Positions 25,446-38,666 of a stretch of DNA of 64,000 nt are shown here, one piece after another. Where the stretch lies: assembly GCA_047495785.1 (NCBI GenBank), contig JBLDXI010000042.1, positions 3,162,001-3,226,000 on the forward strand, read 5' to 3'. The notes below the pieces were generated by a model. The model ran no database searches and was not told the DNA's origin. It was given only the letters and a program-made list of their open reading frames with translations. Position 1 is the first letter of the stretch, and the number at the start of each line of letters is the position of its first letter. The position numbers were made by a program, and so were the translations under genes. This DNA is from Lepidodermella squamata. Taxonomy: Eukaryota; Animalia; Gastrotricha.

Positions 25446-27268
25446 ATGATGGCCTCCGTTCGGCTGAAGTTCCAGAGTGCAGTTCGAAAGTTACAAGTAG
25501 GTATCTTATTCATGTTTTTTTGCCTGCTTAAAAATTATGCCTAACAAACTTTTGAAGCAATCGGAAAAAGTGCGTCGATATGACAGTATACCAGCAATCA
25601 AAGTTCAACGCGAATCCACGTCTTCTTTCAATGAAGTCATGGATGAGTTATCCCATCAGGAATCTTCGTTCAGCTATGGCACGAAGCTTTTTACTAGACC
25701 ACCAAGTCGGGAATACAACCTGACACTGGCCGAGATGATGAGAGCTGAGAGAATACTGCGGCGCCGCAATCAGTTAATTGGCGAGTCGAGTCAACAATCG
25801 CAGTATATGGACGAGCTGGATGATAGCGATAGAAGTAGCGATGTTTTCGAGGAGCGCAACAGTGAGGGGAGAAGTAAGGCTGAAAGGTCATACTTCATTT
25901 TTATATAATTTCATTTGAACAGTATTAGCAAAGAAAAAAATGTCACTAAGAGCGACCCTTTCTCTGGGATCTAATGGTGCCAGTTCACTGAGGCGCCTAT
26001 CTACGCTGCACGTGACACACACCAATGACGGCAGAAATACGAGCTTTCTGCAGAAAATCATGCACGAAACTGAAAATGACGACGAGACGTTGGAGGAACA
26101 AACCGAGCGGCTGAATAACATTGAGTTGAGCTTGCAACGGGAATATGGCTTCGCTACAACTGATATCAGGCAGAGTCAGCTAGCGAGAAACGACTTGTAT
26201 GAACGATATGGCTTCAAGAATTGGCATGCCCTCGAAGCTTTACCGCCTGTTAATCCTATGGTAATTCATTTAATTTTCCATTTTCAATCACAAAAATATG
26301 CGGAATTAAACCAACAAAAATTTGCTGTAATTTATTGTTGATTAATTCGGATGTTCACAGGTCACCAAAATCGTCCTTTGGATTTTTATCGATTATTTCG
26401 CTTTCATAATCTGAGAAAACAATATTTTTTTTTTAATTTTTGAAAAAAAAGATGCCGCGGACCAAGACCCCAAATATTGCGCAATTTCGGGGGTCCTGAG
26501 ACATTTTTTGCCCATCCACAGCCGACCCGTTAGGTTCGAGACCCCAAGTGCCTAACCTCGTTTTACTCAGAATTTCATGCTCTACACAATGGTACCAATA
26601 TTTTTTCAGATATCCGAAAATTGATTTCCCATTGTGAACATCCGAATCTAAACAGGCAATCATTCGCACCATTAAAATTGGAGTGTCAGCGCTAAATTTA
26701 AGCGCCTTGGACACCTATCTTTCCGATTCTTTGCAATTTTGGCATTTTCTTTTCTTGATCGATCGGTACTGTTGCCTCCTCCTCCCATGTCACATGGATT
26801 TTTCAACTATCTGGTGCCATCAGCTAAGTAGAAAGTATAAGTACTGGTTTCAAAGAATTCTGATATCACTGATTTGTAGAATCGATACTTTAAATCGATA
26901 ACGACCTTTCAGGCCGAATCATTACTTGTAAACTGACCGCTCACGGCGCAAAATACTCATAATCGTTTGAATATTCAACGTTTGATGGCTCAGGTGACCA
27001 CCTTGATTTATGCTTGGGAACGTCAGAAAATTCAGATTACGTTCTCCTGTCATGCGCGTATCATTTACGAGCGATTCGCTCTGTTAATATATTTTTAATT
27101 ATGACTGTTTCCTCATCCAGTTGCCTGTTGCAAAATTGGCGAAACCGCAAAACAAAGCCTACAGCAACGTTAAATATATGCACGACCGTTCACACAGCGC
27201 CGGCTTTCATAAATTATCGCCGAAAATTGCCGCACGAACTCGAGCGAGAACGGCAATCAAGCAAGTAA
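25446..27268 (+). CDS. Unidentified multi-exon protein-coding gene; 3' exon structure unresolved
   Basis: Phase-compatible exons MMASVRLKFQSAVRKLQ|QSEKVRRYDS...ERNSEGR|ILAKKKMSLRA...EALPPVNPM| and probably AIIRTIKIG... at about 26655-26840. Downstream joining is ambiguous and no family is recognised. Confidence 0.55.
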
Positions 27269-27540
27269 CGCTTCCGAAATAATACTCAAGCCTGCTTTAA
27301 ATGCTAATTAACACGTGTATCGATGCTTACATTTTGGGAGAAATAAAACAAGCCGAAATGAATGAACCACCGGTCCGTTTTAATTAATCACTCGCAACAA
27401 ATATTACAGAAAGATCAAGGAGCAAAATTTCACAATCTTCATGATGTGTATAAGGTAAAGACGTTGGCTTGCAGGTAAAGAGGCTAAACACAGACAGGCA
27501 CACTCAAATGATTCGGTGTGAAAAATTAAGAATCTAATTT

Positions 27541-30006
27541 TCAGCTGGAATCGTCGATTTTATGACGCTGTTGCGGCAGCCGCAACGCCTCGCGGTCTCC
27601 TATGCATGTCTCATGCAGAAGTCCACGGAAAAAGTATCGCACGTACAGCTTTTTCACCTCGCCGTAACAAGGATCGTAAAATCCTTCAAGGTTGCTCTGA
27701 AATAATTGAAGCGTTTAAGAACTCCACCTTAAAATAAATTCAATATCCTTACCTTGTGAATATCGCCGGGTATAATCAATTTTGAATCTCTGACTTGAGC
27801 TTGTAGAGGTACAGTTACGTCGATTATTCCCGGGTCACCCGTCATTGGTACCCTATGAAATCGATGATGAATAAAAAACCCCAGGCTTTTTCGGGACTTA
27901 CTCAAGCGTCGCTAAAGTTTCCCAGGGCGCATCTTCGGGCAAATGACCGTAAATAGCGCGAACAATGACTAGGCCTTTCGCGTTCGACTCAGCTTCACGT
28001 ATTCTCCGAACTGTTTCTTGCATCAATGAAATCGCCGCTGACGCTGCGATTTTTTTCTCGACCATTCTTTGCCTATGCTCTTCTTGCTTTTTAGCCACTT
28101 CCCTACAAGGCAAAATAATTCAAATTGAGCAAAATTGAAGGTTCAAGTTTTTACTTCTGAGCCTGTTGCTGCTGCCACGGCTTAATGACGAGAGCGCGAA
28201 TTGCAAACCATGATAGCACCGGTAATATTGAACCATAGAAAATTGAGCTGGGAATAACGTCTTCCGACATGAGAACTTGAAAGACGTAGACTTGGTTGTT
28301 TCTCAACAACCTTTGATGAAAAAATATAAAACAAAACTTTTGAATAACTTCCTTCAAAATTCGCTATTACTTGATTTTGACAGCAACTCCACTCGGCACA
28401 CTGATGATTAAACTCGAACCGAGTCGGCTATACTTGGAAACTTGAGTTTCAGCTCCAATTTCGAAACTGGCGCCTGAAGTTCCGTATCTCACAGTTGTTT
28501 TCAACCGATTATTGTCCATTAGAAATTTGCGGACGTAAGTCGCTTCTAAATGGCTACCTCGCCATCCCACCTATTGAAAATGCAATGAAATTGGGAATTC
28601 GAAGCTAAGGTATGCCCTACCACAACACCGGCATTCAAAAAGTGGCGATCGTTTTCGAATGCGAAGCTAGCTTGAATAAAGGATTGAACACCAGCTGACC
28701 ACAACAGCCTGCCTTGTAAATGTTTTGCCAGCTGTACTGTGAGTACTAAAAAAACGGCATTTGACATTTTACAAGAAATTTCAATTTTCAATTCATTTTT
28801 TCTTACAATTTTGCATTCCGGGTATCAATGCGTTTCCTTTTAGCTGAGCATTGATCGAACTAGTCAGCACCATAGTCGGCGACAGGGTTCTGACCAACTT
28901 AGCAGAGCAATTATGGTGAGCTGATCCGAATCCAATTTCGCCCTATAAATTCAATAATATATATATATCTTATTTACAATAAGTATTTCGACTCTCACCT
29001 CGGCCCAAGTTTTCTCGTTCAAAATTTTACGATAAGAAGTCATGAAAGTTCCGATACCAATGCCATTTCCTGTCGCTAGAACAGTGCCGCCTAAGGTCAC
29101 CGTGTCCAGCTGAAAATAGCAATGTTACTAAAAATAGGATCTTGTAATAACACAAACTTCTGTAACAGGCATGTCAACTTGTTGGCCGATGCGAAGCGAT
29201 TTTAGCTCGGTAGAAAATAATCGCGTAGCGATATCGTCGCCGCTGTTATTTTCGAATATTTCAGTCGCATTGAAAGTTACGTTCACTGAGGTCTAAACGC
29301 CGTGATTAGTGATTACATTCACAGAAGTGAAATTCGGACAGTTCACCTTGGGATTGGTTGCCATTTCCAGACGCTTGCGCTCTTCAGCCTCGCGTAATCT
29401 GCGATATTCTTCGGCGATTTCAATCGGACTTTTCCGCCTATCAACCAACTGCAATTAAACTTAGTATTTTGTTATAATAGTAAGCAGTGCTTACCTCCCA
29501 GCCCTCGGTCTTCAGGCCTTTAATACCATACAGATCGTAAATCATTCTTTGATGAGGATCGGTTAAAACTAGATACAATCAACAAAATGAACCAATATGC
29601 ACATACCAATGAAATCCAGCTAACCTTCGTAAGCTTTGGTAAGTTTGGTGAACAACGCTTCGGCTTCTTTCTTTTTTAACGGGTCGGAGTGCTTGTCCTA
29701 GAAGAGCAACATGATATGTAGATGAAAACAGGTTCAGGTCATTGTACGTCATTTCTTCATACCGGGTGATATATTCGACTCATTTTTCGATAAGCATTGG
29801 TGATTTCCTCGACAGTTGCCTGTTGAACATGCATAGACGTGATATCACGCGAAAAATGAACGAAGACTAACCGTGCTTGATACATTGAAGTATGCATAAT
29901 AGTCATCTGAATCCGCATAATCGAAGTCTTCGACATTCCTAACATGCGTTCGTTCGCCTTCTCCGCCGTAAGCTCCAGCATACGCGCCACCGTTCGAAGT
30001 GCCCAT
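27541..30006 (-). CDS. DNAJC11: DnaJ homolog subfamily C member 11
   Basis: J domain DYYAYFNVS...EITNAYRKMSRIYHP|DKH...AYE|VLTDPHQRMIYDLYGIKGL, then EIAEEYRRL...RLEMATNPK and the C-terminal GLVIVRAIYG, DVTVPLQAQV, LEGFYDPCYGEVKKLYVRY...LRLPQQRHKI. Stop at 27541. Confidence 0.93.
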
Positions 30007-31170
30007 CCCGTTTCACAATACTTGATTATTAATATCTAGCGGATAGCGGAGACTTATAACAGAGGTTATGGTGGAAAGAACTTTGACGTCTAAATGCCAT
30101 AATCAACCATTCTCTGACAACGCTATCATCAAGCTAAACATTACCATCTTACATGTGTGATACTTATAATATGCCATCGATTACTTTGCAAATTGCCGAT
30201 CAGTAGGACGCGATCATCAAATTGTCTAGCTATTAGCCTTCAAAACGCATGAAAAGGTGGGGGCTAGTGCTGAGTTTTTGCCCCAATAGCACTTCCAAGA
30301 TGGACAGGCCAAGAAAAATGCTGGCAAATGCTGCGTTTTTCGGCCGAGACCATCTGATTTTTTGTTCGCGCCAAATTTCATAAATTATTGACAAATTTAA
30401 ATTAGCAAAATTTCACATAAATGTGTCTTGATTTTATTATGGTTAGAACGAGTCCATTGATTTTAATTATAATTTTAATATTTTTTTGCTTTCGAGGGTT
30501 GCAAGATGCGAGAAGTGGGTATGGTACTTTCCGTAGAACCATTCGAAATCTGGAACGCCCTTGTTCCTTGTTTGAGTCACATAACTCTGAAGTACAGCTT
30601 TGGAGAAACTTGAGGGAAAACTTACATCTCAGGTAGGGTTTTACAAACACAGGTGTTATGGCCGAGATGGCCAGGACTGCTGGCAACTCTGAACTCACGA
30701 GATACGAGATGAAGATTTGCGACGTCTAGCTGCTAGTTTAACTTATTCGCCTGATATGCTGTGACGTTGTAGACTAATGCTCGCGAGCAATTTATCAGTC
30801 TTTTAACCCACTCTGCTTTCAGAGAGTGGGGTGAATAGCACGGTTTAATTTAACTAAAGGATTTGAAGGATGTGGGCGCTGTACTGAAAAAACGGTCTGC
30901 AAATTATGAAATAGAATGATAAAAATTCATCTTCTTTAGCCAAGAATTATCTTCGTCTGTAAGGGATAACGGATAAGTAAGATTTTTTCACGATTTATCC
31001 GATTGTTTTACTAAATTATTATTGTGAAAAATGGCACGATTCTCTTGCGTTTTTTCTCTATTTCATGTTAACATTGCTCAATACACCTGTTACTATTTAA
31101 TATGGTTTGTTGAGTTCCCTTTTATGGTCAATTACCTATATATAACGCTGTATTTTAGACTTCCTTACTC

Positions 31171-32106
31171 ATGGATGAAAACAAGCCTTTCAAGTGTGCT
31201 CTGGAGCCATTTGTATTTTCCATTGTTTGCTCCTTTGTGTTGAACATTGTTGCCGCATTATGTGATAATTGTGCTGCCGCAATTTTCGTTGGCGGCGTTG
31301 CCGCTACGTGCTATCTCGTCAAGATTCGATGGGAAACCAAGTATGAATTTGACATTGCCATAAGGAGTAGTGGACTTGGATTCGTCTTTGCTTTTGGACT
31401 CACTTGCTTCATCAAAGGATACCATTGGCAATTTGGGCTGTACATGTGTGCGCTCTCCTTCTTCCATTGGTCGGAGTTCGCGACTTTAGCTTACGTCAAT
31501 CCTGCCAGTGTTGCCATTGATGCCTTCATGCTTAACCACAGTGTTGAATATTACGCAGCTGCGATTTGCAGCTGGTTTGAATATTGGTCTGAAGATTATT
31601 TTTTACCGGGTTAGTTTTATTGATTAGCTTACGATGCTATTTCTTATGTTATTGCTATCTTAGGCCTGAAAAGTTATCCCTACATCTCAGTTCTGGGCTT
31701 GATGTTGATATTCGTGGGTGAAACTATTCGAAAAGTTGCCATTTTGAATTTGGGATCAAACTTTACTCATGTCATTCAAGTTGTTCCGCTTGAGAACCAC
31801 CGGCTTGTCACGAACGGGCTGTACAAATATATCCGCCATCCTTCATATGTTGGATGGTTCTACTTTTCCATTGGAACACAGGTCTGTTGAGGTTTTATGC
31901 ATCGCGCGTGATTACTCATTAAAATTCAGGTTTTGCTGTGCAACCCTTTCTGCGTCGTCGCTTACGCCGCCACGGCCTGGTTATTCTTTCGCGAGCGCAT
32001 CGAGTGCGAGGAGATGCTGTTGACGCAGTTCTTTGGTCCTGCGTACTCGGAATATAAGCAAAAGTCAATTACAGGACTTCCTTTTATTAGCGGCTACAAC
32101 CCTTAG
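31171..32106 (+). CDS. ICMT: Protein-S-isoprenylcysteine O-methyltransferase (3 coding exons)
   Basis: LSFFHWSEF, FMLNHSVEY, NFTHVIQ, HRLVTNGLYKYIRHPSYVGWFYFSIGTQ|VLLCNP, FFRERIECEE.LLTQFFG.AY and TGLPFI motifs; TAG at 32104-32106. Confidence 0.94.
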
Positions 32107-33894
32107 TCAATACATTAAACCAAAGAAAACGCATTATTTGCTGAGATATTTTTTATTTCGCGTTTACTGGAAATACTATGTTTCACCATTTTATGCGGCA
32201 AGTTTCAAACACGATCTCAAGTTTGATAATTGTCATTCCTGAATTTGTTTCCTGTGCACTGTGAGCAAAAATCGATTAGAGCGATAAATGTGATTTGTGA
32301 ACGAAAACTCGTGTATTAAATCTTGACAGTCTTGTTTTTATTTTGTTGTTGACGATAAATTCGCCCCCAAGGAAGTTAGCCATCGCGTTTGTTTATTTGC
32401 GTGTCCATTATTTGTTCCCACAAATTTGATTTTGTTGCAGCTGTTGTTGCTTAGAAACACACAAGATTGATACAACTGGCCCAGTAGTGATGCATCGTTT
32501 CGTCTTCTTGGCATTGTTTGAGAGCTACTCGATAGTGTTTTGCGCGACACGTAGGCGTCTCTAGAGTTAAGCTGGTTTACCCATCTATCCATCACTCCGC
32601 AAGGGCTGGATAATAGATGAGTATTACAAAAGAAGATGACGAGATAAGACGACTGCGTTTTTACTATTATTTGTTAGCCTTTTGTGCGATGAGCTATTAT
32701 TATATCTAGGCAGGTTTATTTTATACCATCTTAGTGAATTCTTGTTGCGAGAAATGTTGAAAGAGGGTCATCTGTACGCATAAAGTAGAGCTAACGCGCA
32801 CACACGGTTCATGCTTTCGCGAGTGGAATGTCGCCGTTTTGTGTCCCCGTTTGTTTTTATGGCGACGATTTACTGCTGGCTTTGTTTTGTTTACCGCAAC
32901 CCAAACTACAGCAGCAGCAGTCTCGTTTTGGCGCGAGAAGCCTCCTTTTGCCTTGTCTCTTGTGCTTCTTACCTGGGTTTTGTTTGCCCTCGCGTTATGT
33001 TGTGTTTTGTGTGCGTATCGCCGCCTCAATTCACCCATTCAATATTCATCATTTCTGCACTCTCATCTCCGCCCTTCTTATTATTATAATATTGCAGCAT
33101 TTGAGACTGCTTGCCCTGGTATTAGCATTGTGTTATAGCTTCTTTCAACCGCCGGGCACCAGTTCTTCCGCCCGAATCGTGCCGCTAAAACAGCGGCAAG
33201 GTGTTACTTGTAGCCACCTTAATACACATTGCAAGTCACCTTGAGAGAGGCGCGGCACACGTGTTTAGCTAACACATGACGCTGGATTTGGCGCCCACGC
33301 ACTAAGCTGTAGCGGGTTTCAGCTGGTAGCGAAAGCGGCATTCCTGTGATTATTTATTCGGTGAAGAAATAATTTTTACCGCCTTATCGCGCGTCGCTTT
33401 TTATCTTTATTGCCAAAATTGTCGCTGCACGTATGAGTAGTTTCTATTTTCTTTTCTTGCCAATTCTGCGTTCATTTTATAGGGATAAAGCTCATTTTAT
33501 CATCATTGAAAATCATAATTTTTTTCTGCGCATTATTTAATAGGCTTAACCAATTATCTATTTTGGAAAAAATCTGGCAAAAATTAACTGCGTAGTAATG
33601 GGGCGTTTGATTATTTCAATTATACAACAAGCTCGATCGATTGGTCTTAATTAAAAAAAATTAAGGGGGGTTTTTTGTTTGTTTAAAATCTATCTCCGAA
33701 TTTTTAACGACAATTCCCTGGATGATTTCGTTTAATCTTAGGTTAACAGCGAGTATACGTTTTTCATTTCAGTTTTCTCAGTTTCTTTGATTCAGCCTTT
33801 TAAATTTCGCGTTTACTCCCAATTTAGGTTTATTATTTAGAATTGTTGACCTTCTCACATTTTGGCCCAATATTATGTCGAAACCAGTACCAGC

Positions 33895-36800
33895 ATGTCG
33901 GTCCCTATTTCGATAAACAATGCAAATCGCAGTAATAAGGGACTCGATCCCGATGTCTTGTACCAGAAGCTCGAACGAATCGGCAAAGGATCGTTCGGCG
34001 AGGTCTACAAGGGCATCGACAACTCGAACGGGCAGAATGTAGCCCTGAAAATCATCGATCTCGAAGAGGCCGAGGATGAAATCGAAGACATTCAACAGGA
34101 GATTATGATCTTGTCGCAATGCGACTCGCCCTATATCACGAAGTACTTCGGCTCGTTTCTCAAGGGAACGAAGCTGTGGATTGTCATGGAGTACGTTGGC
34201 GGCGGCTCGGCGTTGGAGCTCATGAAACCGGCTGTCTTTCACGAAAATTACATTGCAATAATCCTACGCGAGGTACTCATGGGCCTCGACTACCTACACT
34301 CTGAGCGCAAAATTCACCGCGACGTTAAGGCGGCGAATATTTTAATATCAGAAAAGGGCGATGTGAAGCTCGCGGACTTTGGCGTTGCTGGGCAGTTGAC
34401 GAATTCGACGAATAAGCGCAATACATTTGTCGGAACGCCGTTTTGGATGGCGCCGGAAGTGATAACGCAGTCGGGTTACGATTTCAAAAGTGATATCTGG
34501 TCTTTAGGCATCACTGCTTACGAGTTGGCGAAGGGCGAGCCTCCGTATGCTGAGCAAAATCCGATGAAGGTGCTGTTTCAGATACCTAAAAATCCTCCAC
34601 CTCAATTAAACGGACCGTTCTCAAAAAATTTCAAAGATTTCGTCTCACTTTGTTTGAACAAAGATCCTCAAATGGTAAAAAACTATTTTAAATTTAATTT
34701 GATTTTAATGATGAAATTGTCTGTTTCAGAGGCCATCGTGTAAAGATTTGTTGAAACATCCGTTTATTCGGAAAGCGAAGAAGACAGCATATCTTGTAGA
34801 ATTAATCGAAAGGTATCGTCTTTGGAAATCCCGAGGCGGTGAGGATGAAAGTGATGGCGAAGAATCAGATCATGCAATGTACGTTTTTAATCGAACTGGC
34901 ACAATTAAATCAAATTAATTATTTTATTTAGAAAATATTTTAATGGCCCAATTACATTTTAGAATGACTGATTCCATGTAAATTTTAGCCTTTAAGTGAA
35001 AAACAGTCGCAAACAGCTTACCAGTAGCAAACTTGCAAGATCTGGGCCTGTTTTGAACATAAACTGGTCCTTTTATATTTTAATCATTGAAACGATTTTT
35101 TCTATAAATTTTCGATGATATCTCAAGTGGACTACAGAGTGCCAAAAAATTTTGCAGAAGGCGAATTCGATGCGCATCAATTTAATGAGCAGTTTCAAGA
35201 AATTGAGGAGTTACATGGGCAAAAGAATGCTTAAAATTCTTAAACTTCTTGAAATTCCTCATTAAATTGAAAGGCATCGAATTCGCTTTCTGCCCAATTT
35301 TTGGCCACCCTGTACTCCAAAACAGCCGAAGAATTACGAAAGACACCAAAACAGCGAACAAAATTCGATTATTCTCGTTGCGCAACAATCAACTGTTATA
35401 GTGCCTTTTATTTTCGTGTTATGGAGTAATCCCATGTTAAGGTGGATCCTTCATTTCATTGCTCCGTTTTATATATTTATGTGGCTCATGAATTTTCTTT
35501 TTTTTGTAGTGAAAACGAATCTGCTGAGGTGAAGCAGAACGAAAAAGCGTGGGATTTCGGCACGGTACGGCCCGGCAAGGACCAGGAGCAACAGCAGCAA
35601 CAATCCGGTGGTGGTTTCGTTGCCGCCAATAAGTCTTCATCGGTTGCTCACGTCAACAACGCTACCCTCCACAAAAGTCCCGCGCCTCCCCCGCCGCTCC
35701 AGCAAAACGACGAAGATCTTCAAAACGGCACGATTCGAGGCGTCCCTAGCAACAACAACAACAATCGATCAGCCGTTGTCCCGCCGGTTTCTGCGGTAGT
35801 TGTGCCGCCGAAGCGATCGGGCAGTTTCGGGGTGAACGGCGGTCCAGCTCGGCCAAACAGCGCCGAGCAAACCAACGGCCACGTCGATGGCGTGGAACAG
35901 CTGCGGATAAGCGTAGGGCCCGAGGCGAAAGCGGTGGCTACCGCGAAATCGGCCGCCAACTCGCCCTCGACCCCGAGACGTGAAGTCCAACCGCCCTTGC
36001 CCCTGCGCCCGGTCGGTGTTTTCGAGTCATCGCCGTCCCGTCCCTCGAATTCGTTCAACCAAGCGCCGGTTGGCGCGCCGGTGAACAACTCGCACGTGTT
36101 GTCGCAAACTGCTCCCGGTTCAGCCCCTCTTTTAGCACCATCGGCCTCCTCGTCCCCGCCTGCTGCGACGCACCACTCGCATCACGCCGTGCCCGTGGTG
36201 CCGCTTGTCGCCGGCAACTCAAATCATCCGGCGAAACAGCAGCATACGCGGTCGTTCGACGATGTGCTAATGCCTCTCCTTTCATCGGTTAGTCATTTTA
36301 AGGAAGATTTTTCCAAAACATGAATAGATTTTTCGCGCAACATTTAGATGAAAAATTATTTTACGCCTGATAACTTTTAATTGATAAGAAAAAATCGGTT
36401 CTCGCTGTGATCTATTATTTTCCAAATTGTACCTTTTTATCATTATTGACAACCGTAATGAGGGGTTACTCCAGAAAAGACCACGTTTTCGTGAGAAATT
36501 ACGTTTTGCTGAACAGGTTTCGAATTTTAAACCAGGAGCAAGGTGACTTGATTTTCCTGTAAAGTCTGAGAATGTTTATACGATTTTTAGCAATTTAAAA
36601 CGTAATCGGCCAACTTGGAAAAATTTTTGGGTTATTTAGACGCTCATTGGCATATGTAGCGCCCTCAATAGTTTCTTTAGTAGCTGTTGTAATTTGAGAC
36701 AAATTTGAAGGGATCTGAGCCCAGAGAGTCGTCGTAGATCGATACAAGTTCATCATTAGTCTTCAAGTCGCTGCTTGAGGACGAATTCGATGACGAGTCG

Positions 36801-37722
36801 TCGTACCTTCGCTTTTTGCCTACATTCTCTTGAACGATGTTGTCGGAGTTGATAAAAAAACGGACTTCTGAAATCGGAGGGGAAGGCCTTACGCATGGGT
36901 CTGCGACGAGGCGCTCCGCGTCGATCATTGCGGTGTCGTCGTCGCCGCGAATTTTGGCCTTGGTTTTCTGGACGATTCTGGTCCATAAGGACGCCAATTT
37001 CTTCGAGTTGCCCCCCCCCCAAAAAAAAATGGCTTCTCTGCTTGGAATGCACTGATCACTTTGTCTAACTTGCGTTTTTTCCTGGCCACCATGTCTGACG
37101 TTGACCGATGATCCAGCAGCGTACCTAACTACTTTGCGCATTCATCCTCAGAGAAGTGTGTCCGCTTCGTAGCAGGTAGCCCAGGCGCTTCTTCTCAGAC
37201 TACTCGGTTCGAGCCATCGATTATAATTTGGCAAAGGAATTGATCATTTGCGATACCTATTTCTCCCGTCGAATTCGATGAATTATATAGTTTATGTTAC
37301 CCTGTCTATGATTACCCCGCGTTAGATATTTGGCTGGGTTCGGCTGGGGTTTTACTCCACAAAATGATTCGAATTCTATAATTTAAATAATTCTAAATTT
37401 TCCATTTTAATTTAATTTTCATGTATTTTAGACGCTGCGAAGTATGGGATTACCGTCGGATGTCTCGCAGCCACCATCGCAGTCACTTCGAAATCTTGTC
37501 TCGGTACTAGGTCAAGCCGATCTTGCCCCGGTCGCCCCCGCGCCGGCTTCTCCCGCCACATGGACGGACGGTTTCCTGCGCGAACTTGTTACCCAATTGT
37601 GCCAGAACGGCCTGACGGCAGTCGACGAGCGCCACGCCAGGGACCGGCTCTTCGGCGCACCCTCGGCAAGCAGCGGCGCCCCGCTCGGCCCGACCCGGCT
37701 GTCGCAAAACGGCAGAAAATGA
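33895..37722 (+). CDS. GCK-III family Ste20 kinase (STK24/STK25/STK26 co-ortholog)
   Basis: Kinase domain [15 protein letters not shown]...[18 protein letters not shown]...HRDVKAAN...DFG...[16 protein letters not shown]. Then WDFGTVR, a long low-complexity linker and a C-terminal helical dimerisation-like region ([10 protein letters not shown]|...[13 protein letters not shown]...TDGFLRELV). Confidence 0.92.
35135..35312. mobile_element. Palindromic Tc1/mariner-type MITE in a kinase intron
   Basis: TA-CAG.GTG.CCAAAAA...GCGAATTCGATGC...TCAATTTAATGAG...TTTCAAGAA arms are inverted over about 75 bp; TA flanks. Confidence 0.8.
36460..36668. repeat. Dispersed repeat; related copy at about 155-385
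   Basis: Both loci share the collinear blocks ACCACGTTTT, GGAGCAAGGTGA, ACTTGG and TT.GCATATG.A.CG.CCT.AA. Possible short AGGG..TAC terminal inverted repeats. Confidence 0.55.
36677..37217 (-). pseudogene. Decayed Myb/SANT-like ORF, antisense within the last kinase intron
   Basis: Frames can be joined as ...[20 protein letters not shown]...[17 protein letters not shown]/...[20 protein letters not shown]. This resembles the Myb/SANT-like trihelix pattern (R..FS.EE...L...; ...QL+..W..+K..AK). It contains stops and frameshifts. Confidence 0.4.
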
Positions 37723-38666
37723 AATCTTAATCACACTTCAAATTACGCAAAAAATTATTGTCTGAATCTGGGAAAAATTTGCTGATTTTGCTGTCTTGAA
37801 ATTACAATGTGTCCAGTCCTCGCTTCAATTACTCGAGTCATTTTCTTTTCGTGAAACTTTGCTGAGAGAAAACGAACAAAAACTCCCACTTTTTCTCGCG
37901 TTTTTCATCTGGGTATTTTTATATAAAAATAGCGAAACATACCGCGTTACCTATAATTGTTGGCGACACGATAACGCGACGATAACCTAAATTGGCTATT
38001 ATACCAAGTTGGGCGTGGCGCGCGCGCGAATAATTTATTCGCGTGCGTGCCTCAAACTTCAACACCTGTACGTGAGTGTCAGCGATCGTTTGTTATTTCA
38101 CGGCACTGCAAACAACGTGTCAAAATGTTTGTTGTTGTGGCGGGGTAGCAAACGAGCTAGCTTGAACTGGACGGTTTGATATAATACTTGATAGGTGATG
38201 AAATAATATTATTGCAAATTTATTAACCGATGCGGTTGTGGTCATCGCGCCTGTGCACTCGTCCATCCTCAAATTCTTGCTCTTGAATAACGAAACGTTG
38301 CAAAATTCTCGTATCACACACCTTAAAAAGCTCACTTCAACTTGGACGAAATTAATGACTGGACCTGAAACAAATTGCATGATTTAAGTTATGATGGCTG
38401 TAAGCAGACCTTGATTTTCTTCGTTTTTGTTTTATTATGAATGCAGTCACGTTTTTCTCTTTGTCAGGCAAGGAATTCTACAAATGTTGTGACTCTACAA
38501 CACAACCGTATAATCTGTTTATAATACCGATTATTCTTATTATATTATAAAAAATTACGCCGATATATTATTGAAGGAGAAGAGCTTCTATACGTTTGTC
38601 TATAAAATTATATTGATAAATAATTTCGAAATAAAAGAGATGAGACAATGTTGGAAAAATGCATCA

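Noticed and set aside
26934-26936. In-frame TGA in a coding-looking frame of the gene next to SELENOT, as a possible second selenocysteine
   Set aside because: No redox motif context, no SECIS found downstream, and the frame cannot be joined in phase to the upstream exons.
32721-33244. Several overlapping ORFs of 90-140 aa upstream of the kinase
   Set aside because: T/C-rich low-complexity sequence ending at a probable donor (about 33200); best read as the kinase's 5' UTR exon.
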